DNA of 64,000 bases from Balanoglossus misakiensis (taxonomy: Eukaryota; Animalia; Hemichordata): contig CM082590.2 in assembly GCA_040954595.2 (NCBI GenBank), forward strand, positions 7,750,001-7,814,000, written 5' to 3'. Of the stretch, positions 25,710-38,100 are shown piece by piece. The stretch's first letter is position 1. Each line of letters begins with the position of its first letter. The notes beneath the pieces are model-generated. The model saw only the letters and a list, made by a program, of their open reading frames with translations. It made no database searches and was not told where the DNA came from. A program made the translations under genes and the position numbers.

Positions 25710-27286
25710 TTTGCCAGTCTTCGTTCTTCAAAACCCGAACAGCCACAACTTTTGGTGAGATCGTTGTCTGTAGATGTAAACGGCTAATAATAAGTGTAGA
25801 TGGTGTTTATCATGTCAAATAAAACGCGCTAATCCTCAAAATTCAAGTGTTATCAGGCCCCATGGGGATAATAACACATGTGCACCTTTCGTGTCCAATT
25901 AAGACTTTGTTTGAGTGGTTTATCAAAATAAATGACACGTACTGAATGATGTTTTCGGTCGCATGATGGATAAACTTATCTACACAAACATTTGCTTGGC
26001 ATTACTCATCAGGTTTCCATTTGGCATTCCCACAGAGATATTCTCCCCCCCCCTGCCTCCCTCTCCCCCTCCCTCCCTCCACCTACCCACCCACCCACCT
26101 ACCTACCCACCCATTTGTCCATCAATCTAAAAAGAACACTTTCATCTAAATGTTTCCAATCGGACTGTTGCATTCCAATAACAGAAATGTAACATTATTA
26201 ACTCACTTTTTTAAAAGTACTGACAATACTAGTTATTGTGCGCCTCAATCTACCAAGCTGCTTGGTTTTGCATGCCTGTTTGATGTGACGGCAAGACAAA
26301 CGTTGACAAAAGGGGTTTCTGCCACAATTGACCTAAACCCCAAGGGACATATATATTTTGAAATTGCGCAGTATACCGGTGAAGTGTCTGATACTGTGAG
26401 TTATCTTATCCAGGTGAGCAAATTGTCTTTTCCCATGAAACTTTATCACAGTGGTAGATAAAAAATCAACCGAATTGTGTCATGCAGAGAACGTACCATT
26501 TATTGAGTAGTTTATAGTTAATGGTCACTAAAGATGAATTCTCGATGCCGGTTAGAAAATATGTAAAGGTTACTTCCAGAATTTCATGTTAATGTTTACA
26601 TCTTTCCTGTCACAAATTGGACTGGAAAGGAAAGCTACAAAATCATGCACAACAACATTAAAACTAATACTTAATACTTTTATTCAAGACATTGCAGAAG
26701 ATTTACCCCTCTGCACCATCTGCCTGCACCCCCCCCCCCTAATACCTTCACCCCTTTAGAAGTCAAATGGTTCTCCCCTAATGATTCCAATATGGGTTAT
26801 CACATTCAGCTAAACCTTATGAGTACGCCAACACCGTAATTGCTATCACCTGGTTATGTTACTGTAATCTATACATGCAGTGATAGGTAATCATCGATGC
26901 GTAAGATAAAGGATACTGAGCTAGGGAGGGGAGGGGAGGGGACAATCGAATACGGAGTATGAATAGTGAAGAACTGGGGGGGGGGGAAGATGTAGCATAT
27001 GACTGAAGAGCTGATCATTGAGCTTTAGACAAGAAATCGTCAAACCGATTGTAAAAATATCATAGCTCTACCCAACACTCCAGCGGAGTGAATACACATC
27101 ACCGCGAAAATTACTGAACTACATTCAGTCCCAGGAACATACCAGATGGCAATGATTGGTTTGACAGAATTCAGAAAAGCTTTATCAAAAGGGATTTCCC
27201 CCAAAATTTACCAAACACCCTGCATCACGCAGGACATATCTTGAAATCAGTACAGTTTACAATGTAGGTTATCGTATTGCTGCACG

Positions 27287-27641
27287 TTAAAGGGACAAAG
27301 TCTCTCTCTCGCTGCCCTTTTTTCCATTAATTATATTTGATACAAGACACCGTTTGTTATTCTACATGTGGATATATAGTGAATGAACGTTCAACCACAC
27401 ACAACTTCCATCCCCCTTATAAACAGGAGAGTGAAAAACTCGCCAAAATGAATAATCGTTCTTTACCATTTATTCATTTTGGGCGAGTTTTTACTCTCAT
27501 ATCATACAAGTGGGATGGAAGTTTTGTGTGGTTGATCATTGATTCACTATATATCCACATGTACATTAACATAGACAGTGTCTTGTATCAAACATAATTA
27601 ATGGAAAAAAGGGCAGCGAGAGAGAGACTTTGTCCCTTTAA
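27287..27641. mobile_element. Full-length AGGGACAAAG palindromic MITE with TTAA at both ends
   Basis: TTAA at 27287-27290 and 27638-27641; near-perfect long inverted arms. Confidence 0.88.
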
Positions 27642-28689
27642 CTAATTTACATGAAAATTAAAACTTTTTGGTGTCTGATAACAGATTCGTTATCACAGTG
27701 GTAGATAAATTTCAACCTGATAAGAGTCACATGGCTTATTCTCATCAAAACCAAACATGCAGATTACAGAATTCTTAGTTGCTTCTCCAGAGGGGCTGTC
27801 AATGACCTTTGGCTTTTCAGATGGGGGCCCTCTGGAGAGTGAACTACTACAAACATAAGTGATTGGGAGAAGTGAAATATTTAACATATCATCAGCCTTG
27901 TATTAGTTGTAACCCTATATACCAAACAGACTACAGATCCTTACTAATTTAAATATGGTGCTGGAATTTTCTGGCACTTTAGGTAGTCAAGGGGTTAAAA
28001 ATATGCGACAAATGGCAGTTTGGGGGTTTTAATCATTTCCTTACTTTTTTAGCCAATCAGCATGCAGAACGAGTGACCCTTGTTGACCTTATTCAAAATG
28101 GCGGCGCCCACTTTTTTAGCCAATCAGCATGCAGAACGAGTGCGCCATCACAGTTCGATTTGTTTGCAATGTTGACCTGAAGGTGACCCCTGTTGACCTC
28201 AGCTGTCGAAATTATTCAAAATGGCGGCGCCCGTAGACCTAACATGCATCGGTCGTGGTTGTATTGGGTTGTGGTCTGGTGTTAACGGTCAGGGAATTGC
28301 GCGAAACTGCCTAACCCTAGCTCTAACGCTAAACTAACACTAACCCTAACACTAACCAAACCCCTAGCCGTTAACATGAGACCATAACCGAACCGTGTAA
28401 CGGTGTATGGGTCGCTGGTTTGTATTATCGTGGATTCGTGTACTTGTTTCGTTGGTGGCTGCCGTGACTGTGGAATCAAGAATCCTGGAAAACCCGTGGA
28501 CCTTCAAATAAGGAAGAGTAAGTTGATGCATTATACTTGTAACTGGCTTTTAAACACGAGCAGTATCGTTCGTACTGTCTTATACATGTACATGTACTGC
28601 CCTGATGGAAAGGGGGGGGGGGGGGGCGTGTTCAGCAACCCGGAAGTGCTGTCGGGGGGGGGGGGGGGGTGATATTGATAAACGAAGAT

Positions 28690-31600
28690 TATATTATTGA
28701 TTTTAAAGGAAACAGAACACATAATTCCTGCATGAATAGAAGAAAAGATACTTCTACTTGTGAATTTAAACATTTTCTAACCTGCCTTTTGCCATGTTTC
28801 TGTCTGCTTTGTTTCAGGAAGAACTCAATAGTCACTTCATTTTTTTTATAAATATATATCGAGATAATATTATATTGTGTTTGGTTTGAAATCACATCAT
28901 GTGTGTTGTTTGTTTGTGTGTGTCTGTATATGATAAGTTTGTAGAAAATGTTAGTGTACTGTGGATGTAGTTTGGCTCCTAATACAGGCTGTAATAATTT
29001 ATGATTCTCACAGTTTTGTGTGTTTTTATTTGCAGGTTGTAAATGATATCACTATTGAAACCTAGGTTTTCATGGATATGATTGACATGCTCGGTAGTTC
29101 TGTAAGTCAGAAACCATGGATACGGACTATGAATGGAAAAGGTGAGAACAGTTGATCTTTTTGACTCCTTAATTTCTCAACACTCATACATTTAGTGTCT
29201 CTGTGGCTAGTGCAGGAAATCTGTCTGATGATGACATTGATGAACGAAGATGAAATTATCGATTTTACTGAAAGCAGATCATATACTTGCTGTGCAAAAC
29301 TAGAAGAAGAGATATTTCTGTCAGTGTTTTGAGAAAGAAAACATTTAGAAATTGTGTATGTAAAGAACATGTTAAATGTGTATTTTCATTGACAATAGTT
29401 TCTAACCTGGCTTTTTGCCTTTATTTGATTCTGTCTGCTTTTTTTCAGGATGAATGCCATAGTCACTTCAATTTTTTTTAAATATATATTCTGTGTGTGT
29501 CTGTATGTGATTAGTAACATTTGTAGAAAATGGCAATGTACTTTGGATGTAGTTTGGCTCCTACCAAATACCTTCAATATTAAGAACTACACAGACTGTA
29601 ATAATTTTTGAGTCTAACTACTCTGTGTATTTTTTTGCAGGATGTAAATGATATCATTTTTGTAACTTAGGTTTCCATGGTTAGGATTGACATCCTCGAA
29701 AAAATCTTTGAATACTTGGATGGTCCTGTGTTGATGATGATCCTGTATCCTCCAGCCAATTGAGAAACCATGGATACGGACCTCGAATGGAAACGGTGAG
29801 AATAGTTTACCTTCATTATTGACTCTTCAATTTCCCAACTCTCATACATTATGTGTTGTTGTGGCTGGTGCAAGAAATCTGTTTGATAATGAAATTGATA
29901 TTAGATTATTGATTTTGGTGAAAGGAGATCAAATAATTCTTGCATAAGACATTGCGTATGGAAACGAAACATGTTCAAGAGAATTTACCACAGTGCATTA
30001 CTTTTCATCGAGACTGGTTTCTAACCTGGCTTTTTGCCTATTGGTTCTGTCTGCTTTGTTTCAGGACGAACACAATAGTCACTACTATTTTTTATACTAT
30101 TTTATAAATGTATATAGATATTTGTCTATTTTGTGTTTGGCTTGAATGAACAGCCTGTGTGTTGTTTGTTTGTGTCTGTATGGGATTTGTGAGCTTTCTA
30201 GAAAATAGGAGTGTACTGTGGATGTAGTTCGACTTTAAAGTAAAGCCAAACACAGGCTGTAATGACATATGATTCTCACAGTTTTGTTTATTTTTGTTAA
30301 CAGGATGAAAATGATATCACCTTGGTAACCCAGGTTTGGATTGACATGCTCAAACCACCAGTCAGAAACCATGGATACACGGACCATGAATGGAAAAGGT
30401 GAGAACAGTTGACCTCATTGACTCCTCAATTTCCTTACTCTCATGCGACTGATAACGGTATTGATAACAAAGATGAGATTACTGATTTTAGTGAAAGGAG
30501 ATAAACAAATTCTTGCATAAGACATTGCGTATGGAAACGAAACATGTTCAAGAGAATTTACCATAGTGCATTACTTTTCATTGAGACTGGTTTCTAACCT
30601 GGCTTTTGCCTTTATTTGAGTCTGTCTGCTTTGTTTCAGGATGAACACAATAGTCACTTCTATTTTTTATACTATTTTATAAATATATTTAGCTATTTGT
30701 CTATTTTCTGTTTGGCTTGAACAGAGTATGTGTTGTTTGTTTTTGTCTGTATGGGATTTGTGAGCTTTCTAGAAAAATGGGAGTGTACTGTGGATGTAGT
30801 TCAAAGCCAAACACAGGCTGTAATAACTGATGATTCTCACAGTTTTGTTTGTTTTTATTAACAGGATGATAATGATATCACCTTGGTAACCTAGATTTGG
30901 ATTGACATGCTCCAAACACTTAGTCAGAAACCATGGATACACGGACTATGAATGGAAAAGGTGAGAACAGTTGACTTCATTGACTTCTCAGTTTCCTTAC
31001 TCTCATGCAACTGATAACAGCATTGATAGACAAAGATGAGGTTTCTGATTTTACTGAAAGGAGATCAACTAATTCTTGCATAAGACATTGCGTATGGAAA
31101 CGAAACATGTTCAAGAGAATTTACCACAGTGCATTACTTTTCATTGAGACTGGTTTCTAACCTGGCTTTTGCCTTTATTTGGTTCTGTCTGCTTTGTTTC
31201 AGGATGAACACACTACTAGTCCCTTCTATTTTTTTAAATATTTTATAAATATATGTAGATATTGTTTACATTGTGTTTAGCCTGAATGAAATGCCTGTTT
31301 GTTTGTTTGTTTGTTTGTTTGTTTGTTTGTTTGTTTGTTTGTTTGTTTGTTTGTTTGTTTGTTTGTGTCTGTATGGGATTTGTGACCTTTTTATGAAAAA
31401 CATGCCCTCAATCTTACACAGGCTGTAATAATTTGTGATTCTCACAATTTTGTGTATTTTTATTTGCAGGATGGAAATAAAATCACCTTGGTAACCTAGG
31501 TTTCCATGGATAAGGATTGACATGCCCCCAAAAATGGAAAAGGTGAGAACAGTTGACCTTATTGACTCCTTAATTTCTCAACACTCATACATTTAGTGTC

Positions 31601-32880
31601 TCTGTGGCTGGTGCAGGAAATTTGTCTGATAAAGAAATTGATAAACAAAGATGAAATTATTGATTTTGATGAGAAGAGATATCTTTTCTGAATTCAAACA
31701 TTGAGACATTGTGTTTCTAACCTGGCTTTTGGCCTTTATTTGGTTCTGTCTGCTTTCTTTCAGGATGAATGCCATAGTCACCACTATTTTTTAAATATTT
31801 TCTAAATGTATATAGATAGATATTGTTTATATTGTGTTTGGCTTGAATGAACAGTCTGTATGTTGTTTGTTTGTGTCTGTATGGGATTTGTGAGCTTTCT
31901 AGAAAATGGGAGTGTACTGTGGATGTTGTTCGAAGCCAAACACAGGCTGTAATAACTTATGATTCTCACATTTTGGTTGTTTTTATTAACAGGATGAAAA
32001 TGATATCACCTTGGTAATCTAGGTTTTCCAAGGTTTGCCCGTTTGGATTGATATGCTCCAAACACTAGTCAGAAACCATGGATACACGGACTATGAATGG
32101 AAAAGGTGAGAACAGTTGACTTCATTGACTCCTCAATTTCCTTACTCTCATGCAACTGATAACAGCATTGATAATAAAGATGAGATTACTGATTTTACTG
32201 AAAGGAGATAAACTAATTCTTGCATAAGACATTGCGTATGGAAACGAAACATGTTCAAGAGAATTTACCATAGTGCATTACTTTTCATTGAGACTGGTTT
32301 CTAACCTGGCTTTTTGCCTTTAATTGATTCTGCTTTGTTTCAGGACGAACACAATAGTCACTACTATTTTTTATACTATTTTAAAAATGTATATAGATAT
32401 TTGTCTATTTTGTGTTTGGCTTGAATTAACAGAGTGTGTGTTCTTTGTTTAATGTCTGTATGGGAGTGTACTGTGGATGTAGTTCGACTTTAAAGTAAAG
32501 CCAAACACAAGCTTTAATAACTTATGATTCTCACAGTTTTGTTTATTTTTATTTGCAGGATGGAAATGAAATCACCTTGATAACCTGGGTTTCCATGGAT
32601 AAGGATTGACATGCCCCCAAAAATGGAAAAGGTGAGAACAGTTGACCTTATTGACTCCTCAATTTCTCAACACTCATACATTTAGTGTCTCTGCCTTGTG
32701 CAGGAAATTTGTCTGATAAAGAAATTGATAAACAAAGATGAAATTATTGATTTTGATGAGAAGAGATAACATTGAGACATTGTGTTTCTAACCTGGCTTT
32801 TTGCCTTTATTTGGTTCTGTCTGCTTTCTTTCAGGATGAATGCCATAGTCACTTCTATTTTTTAAATATTTTCTTTTACA
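28690..32880. repeat. Diverged tandem array of ~530-650 bp units (about 7.5 copies)
   Basis: Recurring blocks 'ttctaacctggcttt...ctgtctgctttgtttcagga', 'acaggctgtaataa..tgattctcacagtttt' and 'aatggaaaaggtgagaacagttgac'. Confidence 0.9.
31297..31365. repeat. (GTTT)n microsatellite expanded within one cassette unit
   Basis: Directly visible; other units carry only gttgtttgtttgt at this position. Confidence 0.95.
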
Positions 32881-33408
32881 AATAATATTGATAATGTTTG
32901 CTTTTCTCATTGAAATTTGTGAAATGAAAATGGAATAAAATCATAAAATCTTTCATGCTAAACTGAATCGTTATACAATGTGACTGGTATGTTATTTTTT
33001 TTTCACAGGTATGAGATGTACGTTCGAGCTGATGTGTGGGCCGTCCACATTCCAGACCGGAGTACCTTGTACACCACATCATAGAACAGAGCTGCTCAGT
33101 TTGAATTTGTGATTGACATCATGAATAAGCAGTCAGACAGCCAAGTCCTTAGTTGCGTATCGGCAGTCAAGGGATAAGAGAACTGTTTCTGTCGAAAATG
33201 TATAAGACACACTCAAAAATAAATGACAAACACTGACATGATTTTAAGATGTTGAATTGTTGGAAAAATAAAGATTGCTACTTTGGGGGGTGATCTTATT
33301 TACAGAGTTGTACTTTTGAGCTGTATTTTCAACATGGCTCACTATGTTAGACATCTGCAAGCTTTGATGAGAAAATGAACAAATTTGGACTGTCAGGTAG
33401 ACATGTAG

Positions 33409-34573
33409 TTAGTAAATGATAATGTGAGCTATAGCCCCCTAGTCATCAAGTACCCCTCCCCCAATACATTAGTGAATGACAATGTGAACTATACCCCCCT
33501 AGTCATCAAGCATCCCCCCTCCCCCACTACATTAGTGATAATGTGAGCTATAGGCCCCAAGTCATCAAGCACCCCTCCCCCTCCCCCACTACATTAGTGA
33601 ATGATAATGTGAGCTATAGGCCCCAAGTCATCAAGTACCCCTCCCCCTCCCCACTACATTACTGAATGATAATGTGAGCTATAGCCCCCTAGTCATCAAG
33701 CAGCCCTCCCCTCCCCCACTACATTAGTGAATGATAATGTGAGCTATAGCCCCCTAGTCATCAAGCAGCCCTCCCCCTCCCCCACTACATTAGTGAATGA
33801 TAATGTGAGATATAGCCCCCTAGTCATCGAGCACCCCTCCCCTCCCCCACTACATTAGTGAATGACAATGTGAGATATAGCCCCCTAGTCATCAAGCACC
33901 CCTCCCCTCCCCCACTACATTAGTGAATGACAATGTGAGATATAGCCCCCTAGTCATCAAGCACCCCTCCCCTCCCCCACTACATTAGTGAATGATAATG
34001 TGAGCTATAGCCCCCTAGTCATCAAGCAGCCCTCCCCCTCCCCCACTACATTAGTGAATGATAATGTGAGATATAGCCCCCTAGTCATCAAGCAGCCCTC
34101 CCCCTCCCCCACTACATTAGTGAATGATAATGTGAGCTATAGCCCCCTAGTCATCAAGCAGCCCTCCCCCTCCCCCACTACATTAGTGAATGATAATGTG
34201 ATCTATAACCCCCTAGTCATCAAGCAGCCCTCCCCCTCCCCCACTACATTAGTGAATGATAATGTGAGATATAGCCCCCTAGTCATCAAGCACCCCCCCC
34301 CCTCCCCCACTACATTAGTGAATGATAATGTGAGCTATAGGCCCCAAGTCATCAAGTACCCCTCCCCCACTACATTAGTGAATGATAATGTGAGCTATAG
34401 CCCCCTAGTCATCAAGCAGCCCTCCCCCTCCCCCACTACATTAGTGAATGATAATGTGAGCTATAGCCCCCTAGTCATCAAGCAGCCCTCCCCCTCCCCC
34501 ACTACATTAGTGAATGATAATGTGAGATATAGCCCCCTAGTCATCAAGCACCCCTCCCCTTCCCCTTCCCCCT
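33409..34573. repeat. ~60-bp minisatellite, ~20 copies
   Basis: Unit tagtgaatgataatgtgagctatagccccctagtcatcaagcagccctccccctcccccactacat with 54-60 bp length variants. Confidence 0.97.
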
Positions 34574-36114
34574 GATCCAAATGAAACTGGTCATGGCCCC
34601 ATCCAATGAAGTAGGCCAAAAGTAGGATGTATGTTGACCAGGCAAAATGTAACCGCTAACAATTCAGGTAAGGGTGTACGTAGCTTGCATGTAAAAATGA
34701 GAAAGGGTCAAGTTTTGCTCAGAGAGTTTGTTCTTCGTATATTGACATTCTTACAAAAGTAGGTAGGTGTTGATTTTCCAGAGTCCAACAACATAAGGGA
34801 CTGGTCAGTTTCTTCAACTGGGGGTGGGGGTGGATTCTATTTTGTGGATATCAAAAAGTGGGTGACCCCCCCCCCCCCTCATTGAAAAGTAAATAACAGT
34901 TACAATTTGCATATATGCATAAATTTAAATAGTTAAAATAAGACATGAATAAACTAAAAATACAAGTCAAAACAATAGTTGGCAGACAGTAAATTTAGAC
35001 AAGTGAACGGTGTGGGAGGGGGTGTCCCCCTCCTGTGTTAAGACCACTTTGTATGCTTTACCCATTTACTGCAAAAATGGAAAGCCATGTACAGTCCAGG
35101 CCGCAGTAAATACCTAAATAATAATGTCCTCTAAAATGACAATTTCTTCCTAGTGTCATTACACTTGCAATAATTTATTCCATCACGTTGTTTCTTATCG
35201 AATAGTAGACTTATAAAAAAAATTGTTCAGTACATTCGTTGTAGCTGTCATTTGCATAATTTACTATAAATAATTTAAAAATTAAAAACTCTGCAGAGGT
35301 TGACATTGAAAACAACTTGCAATATATTAGGCCTTTGAATGCAATAAATTTGATTCTTATTCCATGCTATTGTTATGCCACTTGGATTTTTTTTAATAAA
35401 ATAAATGAAAGTATTAAAAGAAGACATTGTATGGACAGTTATTTTCATTTCACATTGGTTTTTGAAGATCAATTCAATGGATTTATTTGCATTTTAATAA
35501 TGTCTCTGGAAAATCATTGTCACAAGTGTGCTGCTACCAACATTAATATTTAACCACCAGCATGGTCGTCAGAAATAGGCAAGAAATTACTTATGTGCAA
35601 AGCATATGAAACACACTAAAGTACCAAAGTTAACGCCCTCCACGGTCAGATTGTAAATGAATTTGTTTTTATTGAAATAAATATACATGTATGGACAAAT
35701 AAAAGTCTCTGGAAAATTATTGTCACAAGTCCCTCAACCCCACTACAATTGTTAATATCACCCCCAGCGTCATGGTCATCTTCTTCATCGTTGTCAGGCG
35801 TAATAAATTATATGTATAAAAGCCTCTGAAATACAGTCAATTATTTGAAAAACGTATGGCAATAGTCAATGAAATGATCATTTGAAGAACAGCGACTTTT
35901 CCCAAAAATACAGCCGCGCTATCGCCCTTAGAATATGGTTTTTGATAGTATCGCATAAACTACAGACATCTTTCTGTTGGATTAACTTTACTATGGAAGT
36001 TAGGGGTCGTAAATAAGCTCAATCTCATTGTAGCGAGCCGAAAAGTAAAGTACAAGAATGTAATCTTATAGTCCATTAAGTTATCAGTTAGTTTTCAGCC
36101 TAATTATGCAAATA

Positions 36115-36185
36115 AATTCTTGGCGTAATTGCTAGAGTGATTGACTTTGGTGCGAGAGGTCACGAGTTCGAGTCCCACTAGGGAT
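36115..36185 (+). pseudogene. tRNA-derived (tRNA-Pro-like) Pol III head, array unit 1
   Basis: A box TGGCGTAATTG, B box GTTCGAGTCC, segment ggtgcgagaggtc as in eukaryotic tRNA-Pro. Cloverleaf stems broken; T-tract follows. Confidence 0.6.
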
Positions 36186-36689
36186 TCTATTTTATTTTTT
36201 CTATAGTATAGATGTGGATTGTGTTCTTCTGTGTTATGATTTCCAAATAAAGTAACAAGTAAAAGTGGTGTCAACGTTCAAACCATCTTAACCGGTTAAA
36301 GTCACTATTTTCCGATATAATTTGTAATTGCAAAAATACAGTGTTATGAGTTGGGCGCAGCCAAAGCCATATTTGTTAGGATAAAGTTGCGTGATCTGGC
36401 TGTGTGTGGTCTGGTTTTTGACGGACATCGTGCAAAGCGCCCTCTGGAGGGGTTCCCCCCCCCCCCCCCCCCACCTATAACACAGCAGCCTGCTAGCGTC
36501 CTTAGAAATAAGTTTTTTGATAGTATCGCACAAAGTACAGACATCTTTCTATCGAATTTATTCTACCATGGAAGTTACGGGTCGTAAATAAGCCCGTTCT
36601 CATCGTAGCGTGCCAAAAATAACTTAAGTAAACTACCAAGAGCATAGTCTATAGGTTATATCTTAGTTTATATGCAAATTATGTAAATA

Positions 36690-36760
36690 ACTATGTAGCG
36701 TAGTGGCTAAAGTGATTGGCTACGGTGCGAGAGGTCCCGAGTTCGAATCCCATGAGGGAT
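36690..36760 (+). pseudogene. tRNA-derived Pol III head, array unit 2
   Basis: A box TAGCGTAGTGG, GGTGCGAGAGGTCCCGAGTTCGAATCCC, T10 at 36765-36774. Anticodon stem does not pair. Confidence 0.65.
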
Positions 36761-37163
36761 TCACTTTTTTTTTTCTATAGTAGACTGATGTCGATGACCA
36801 CTGCGTCTCACGTGACTAAGGAAGACGCTCATCATGGTCTCATATTCCTCCCCTTTTCCCCTCGAGCCGTCATTGCCTCTCGATTACAGAACATTTACAT
36901 GCGACAGTCATGTGACCGACTAATCGGTTGTGTGTACGTGTTGCGTTGCCCAAGCACTAGTCGCGATATCGCCCTTTGAAATAAGTTTTTTTGATAGTAT
37001 CGCACAAAGTACAGACATCTTTCTATCGAATTTATTCTACCATGGAAGTTACGGGCCGTAAATAAGCCCGTTCTCATCGTAGCGTGCCGAAAATAACTTA
37101 AGTAAACCACCAAGAGCATAGTCTATAGGTTATATCTTAGTATTCATGCAAATTATGCAAATG

Positions 37164-37234
37164 ACTGTGTGGCGTAGTTGTTAAAGTGATTGGCTACGGT
37201 GCGTGAGGTCCCGGGTTCGATTCCCGGCAGGGAT
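37164..37234 (+). pseudogene. tRNA-derived Pol III head, array unit 3
   Basis: A box TGGCGTAGTTG, perfect T-arm CCGGG-TTCGATT-CCCGG, T-tract downstream. Anticodon stem does not pair. Confidence 0.65.
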
Positions 37235-37702
37235 TTATTTATTTTTTTCTATGGTAGATTGATGTCGATGACCACTACCTCTCACGTGACTAAGGAGGAC
37301 GCTCATTATGGTCTCATATTCCTCCCCTTTTTCCCCGTGACGTCATTGCACCTGGATTACGTATACATTACATTTACATGCGACTGTCATGTGACTGACT
37401 AGTTGTAGATACCGTCTCTAGAGAGCGCTGTGCATGACCTTTAGCCTTCCGTGACGTATGACTTGACCCAAACACAGGCGCGCTAAAGCCCTTAGAAAAA
37501 TGCGTGTTTTCGACAGTAAAGTACAAAGTATGAACATCTGTCTATTGAATTAACGTTACCGCCAACGGTATTGACCGAAAACAAACTCAATTTTATTTTA
37601 GCAAGTCAAAAAGTACTTGCTTTTACGAGATCGAGCCATCTTGTTTACATACAATTACGTTGTGGCATCCATAACCTAGTTGTTTGGTCACCTATACAAA
37701 CA

Positions 37703-37775
37703 TTAGTGTGGCCTAGTGGTTATGGCCATGGACTGCTATGCGGCAGATCCCGGGTTCGAGCCCCGGCAAGGGTGG
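37703..37775 (+). pseudogene. tRNA-derived Pol III head, array unit 4
   Basis: A box TGGCCTAGTGG, T-arm CCGGG-TTCGAGC-CCCGG, T7 immediately after. Confidence 0.6.
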
Positions 37776-38030
37776 GATTTTTTTCAACCAAAGGCCAAGC
37801 ACAGCGCCCTCTCGAGTCTCAACTTATAGTTACCTTTGGTTCTTCGATCCAGTTATTTTCCTTTTTTTCTCTCTTAAAACAGGAATATGCTCTTTTTTTT
37901 TTACTCTACCATGCATTAGAAGCTGTAAAAACCATTTTCTTATCGAAAAATTGGCTCTAATACCTATTCCTGACTTATTAGTAAGTGAGGTAACCGATAT
38001 ATAGAAGTTCCGAGCATATGTTTGCATGCA

Positions 38031-38100
38031 GCTCCGTGGCCTAGTGGTCAAGGTAAGTGACTAGCAAGTGGAAGGACGCGAGATCAAGACCCGCTGGAGG
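38031..38100 (+). pseudogene. Degenerate tRNA-like head, array unit 5
   Basis: A box TGGCCTAGTGG, acceptor-like CTCC...GGAG pairing, degenerate B box GATCAAGACC. Confidence 0.4.

Larger units (their letters stand above)
28080..33290 (+). ncRNA. Putative spliced long non-coding transcript (or decayed gene) made of tandemly repeated exon/intron cassettes
   Basis: Promoter-like start (2x CCAAT, 2x CAAAATGGCGGC YY1), donor after 28517, seven cassette exons 29036-29141, 29641-29795, 30304-30398, 30865-30960, 31470-31542, 31993-32105, 32559-32631 (YAG|G...G|GTGAGA), terminal acceptor at 33009, AATAAA at 33218 and 33267. No sustained ORF. Transcription is inferred only. Confidence 0.4.

Noticed and set aside
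29219-29279. Box C/D snoRNA candidate (atctg-tc-TGATGA...CTGA-aag-cagat) in a cassette intron
   Set aside because: Short, AT-rich, and the C box is not retained in the other six units; no rRNA antisense element recognised. Worth including in a snoscan run, but not supported.
33988-34575. 195-aa repetitive ORF (VNDNVSYSPLVIKQPSPSPTTL)n
   Set aside because: By-product of a 60-bp minisatellite; adjacent 59-bp units break the frame, there is no ATG start and no supporting splice context.
36115-38100. Functional tRNA genes (e.g. Arg-ACG or Pro)
   Set aside because: Anticodon and acceptor stems do not pair properly; reported as tRNA-derived heads instead.
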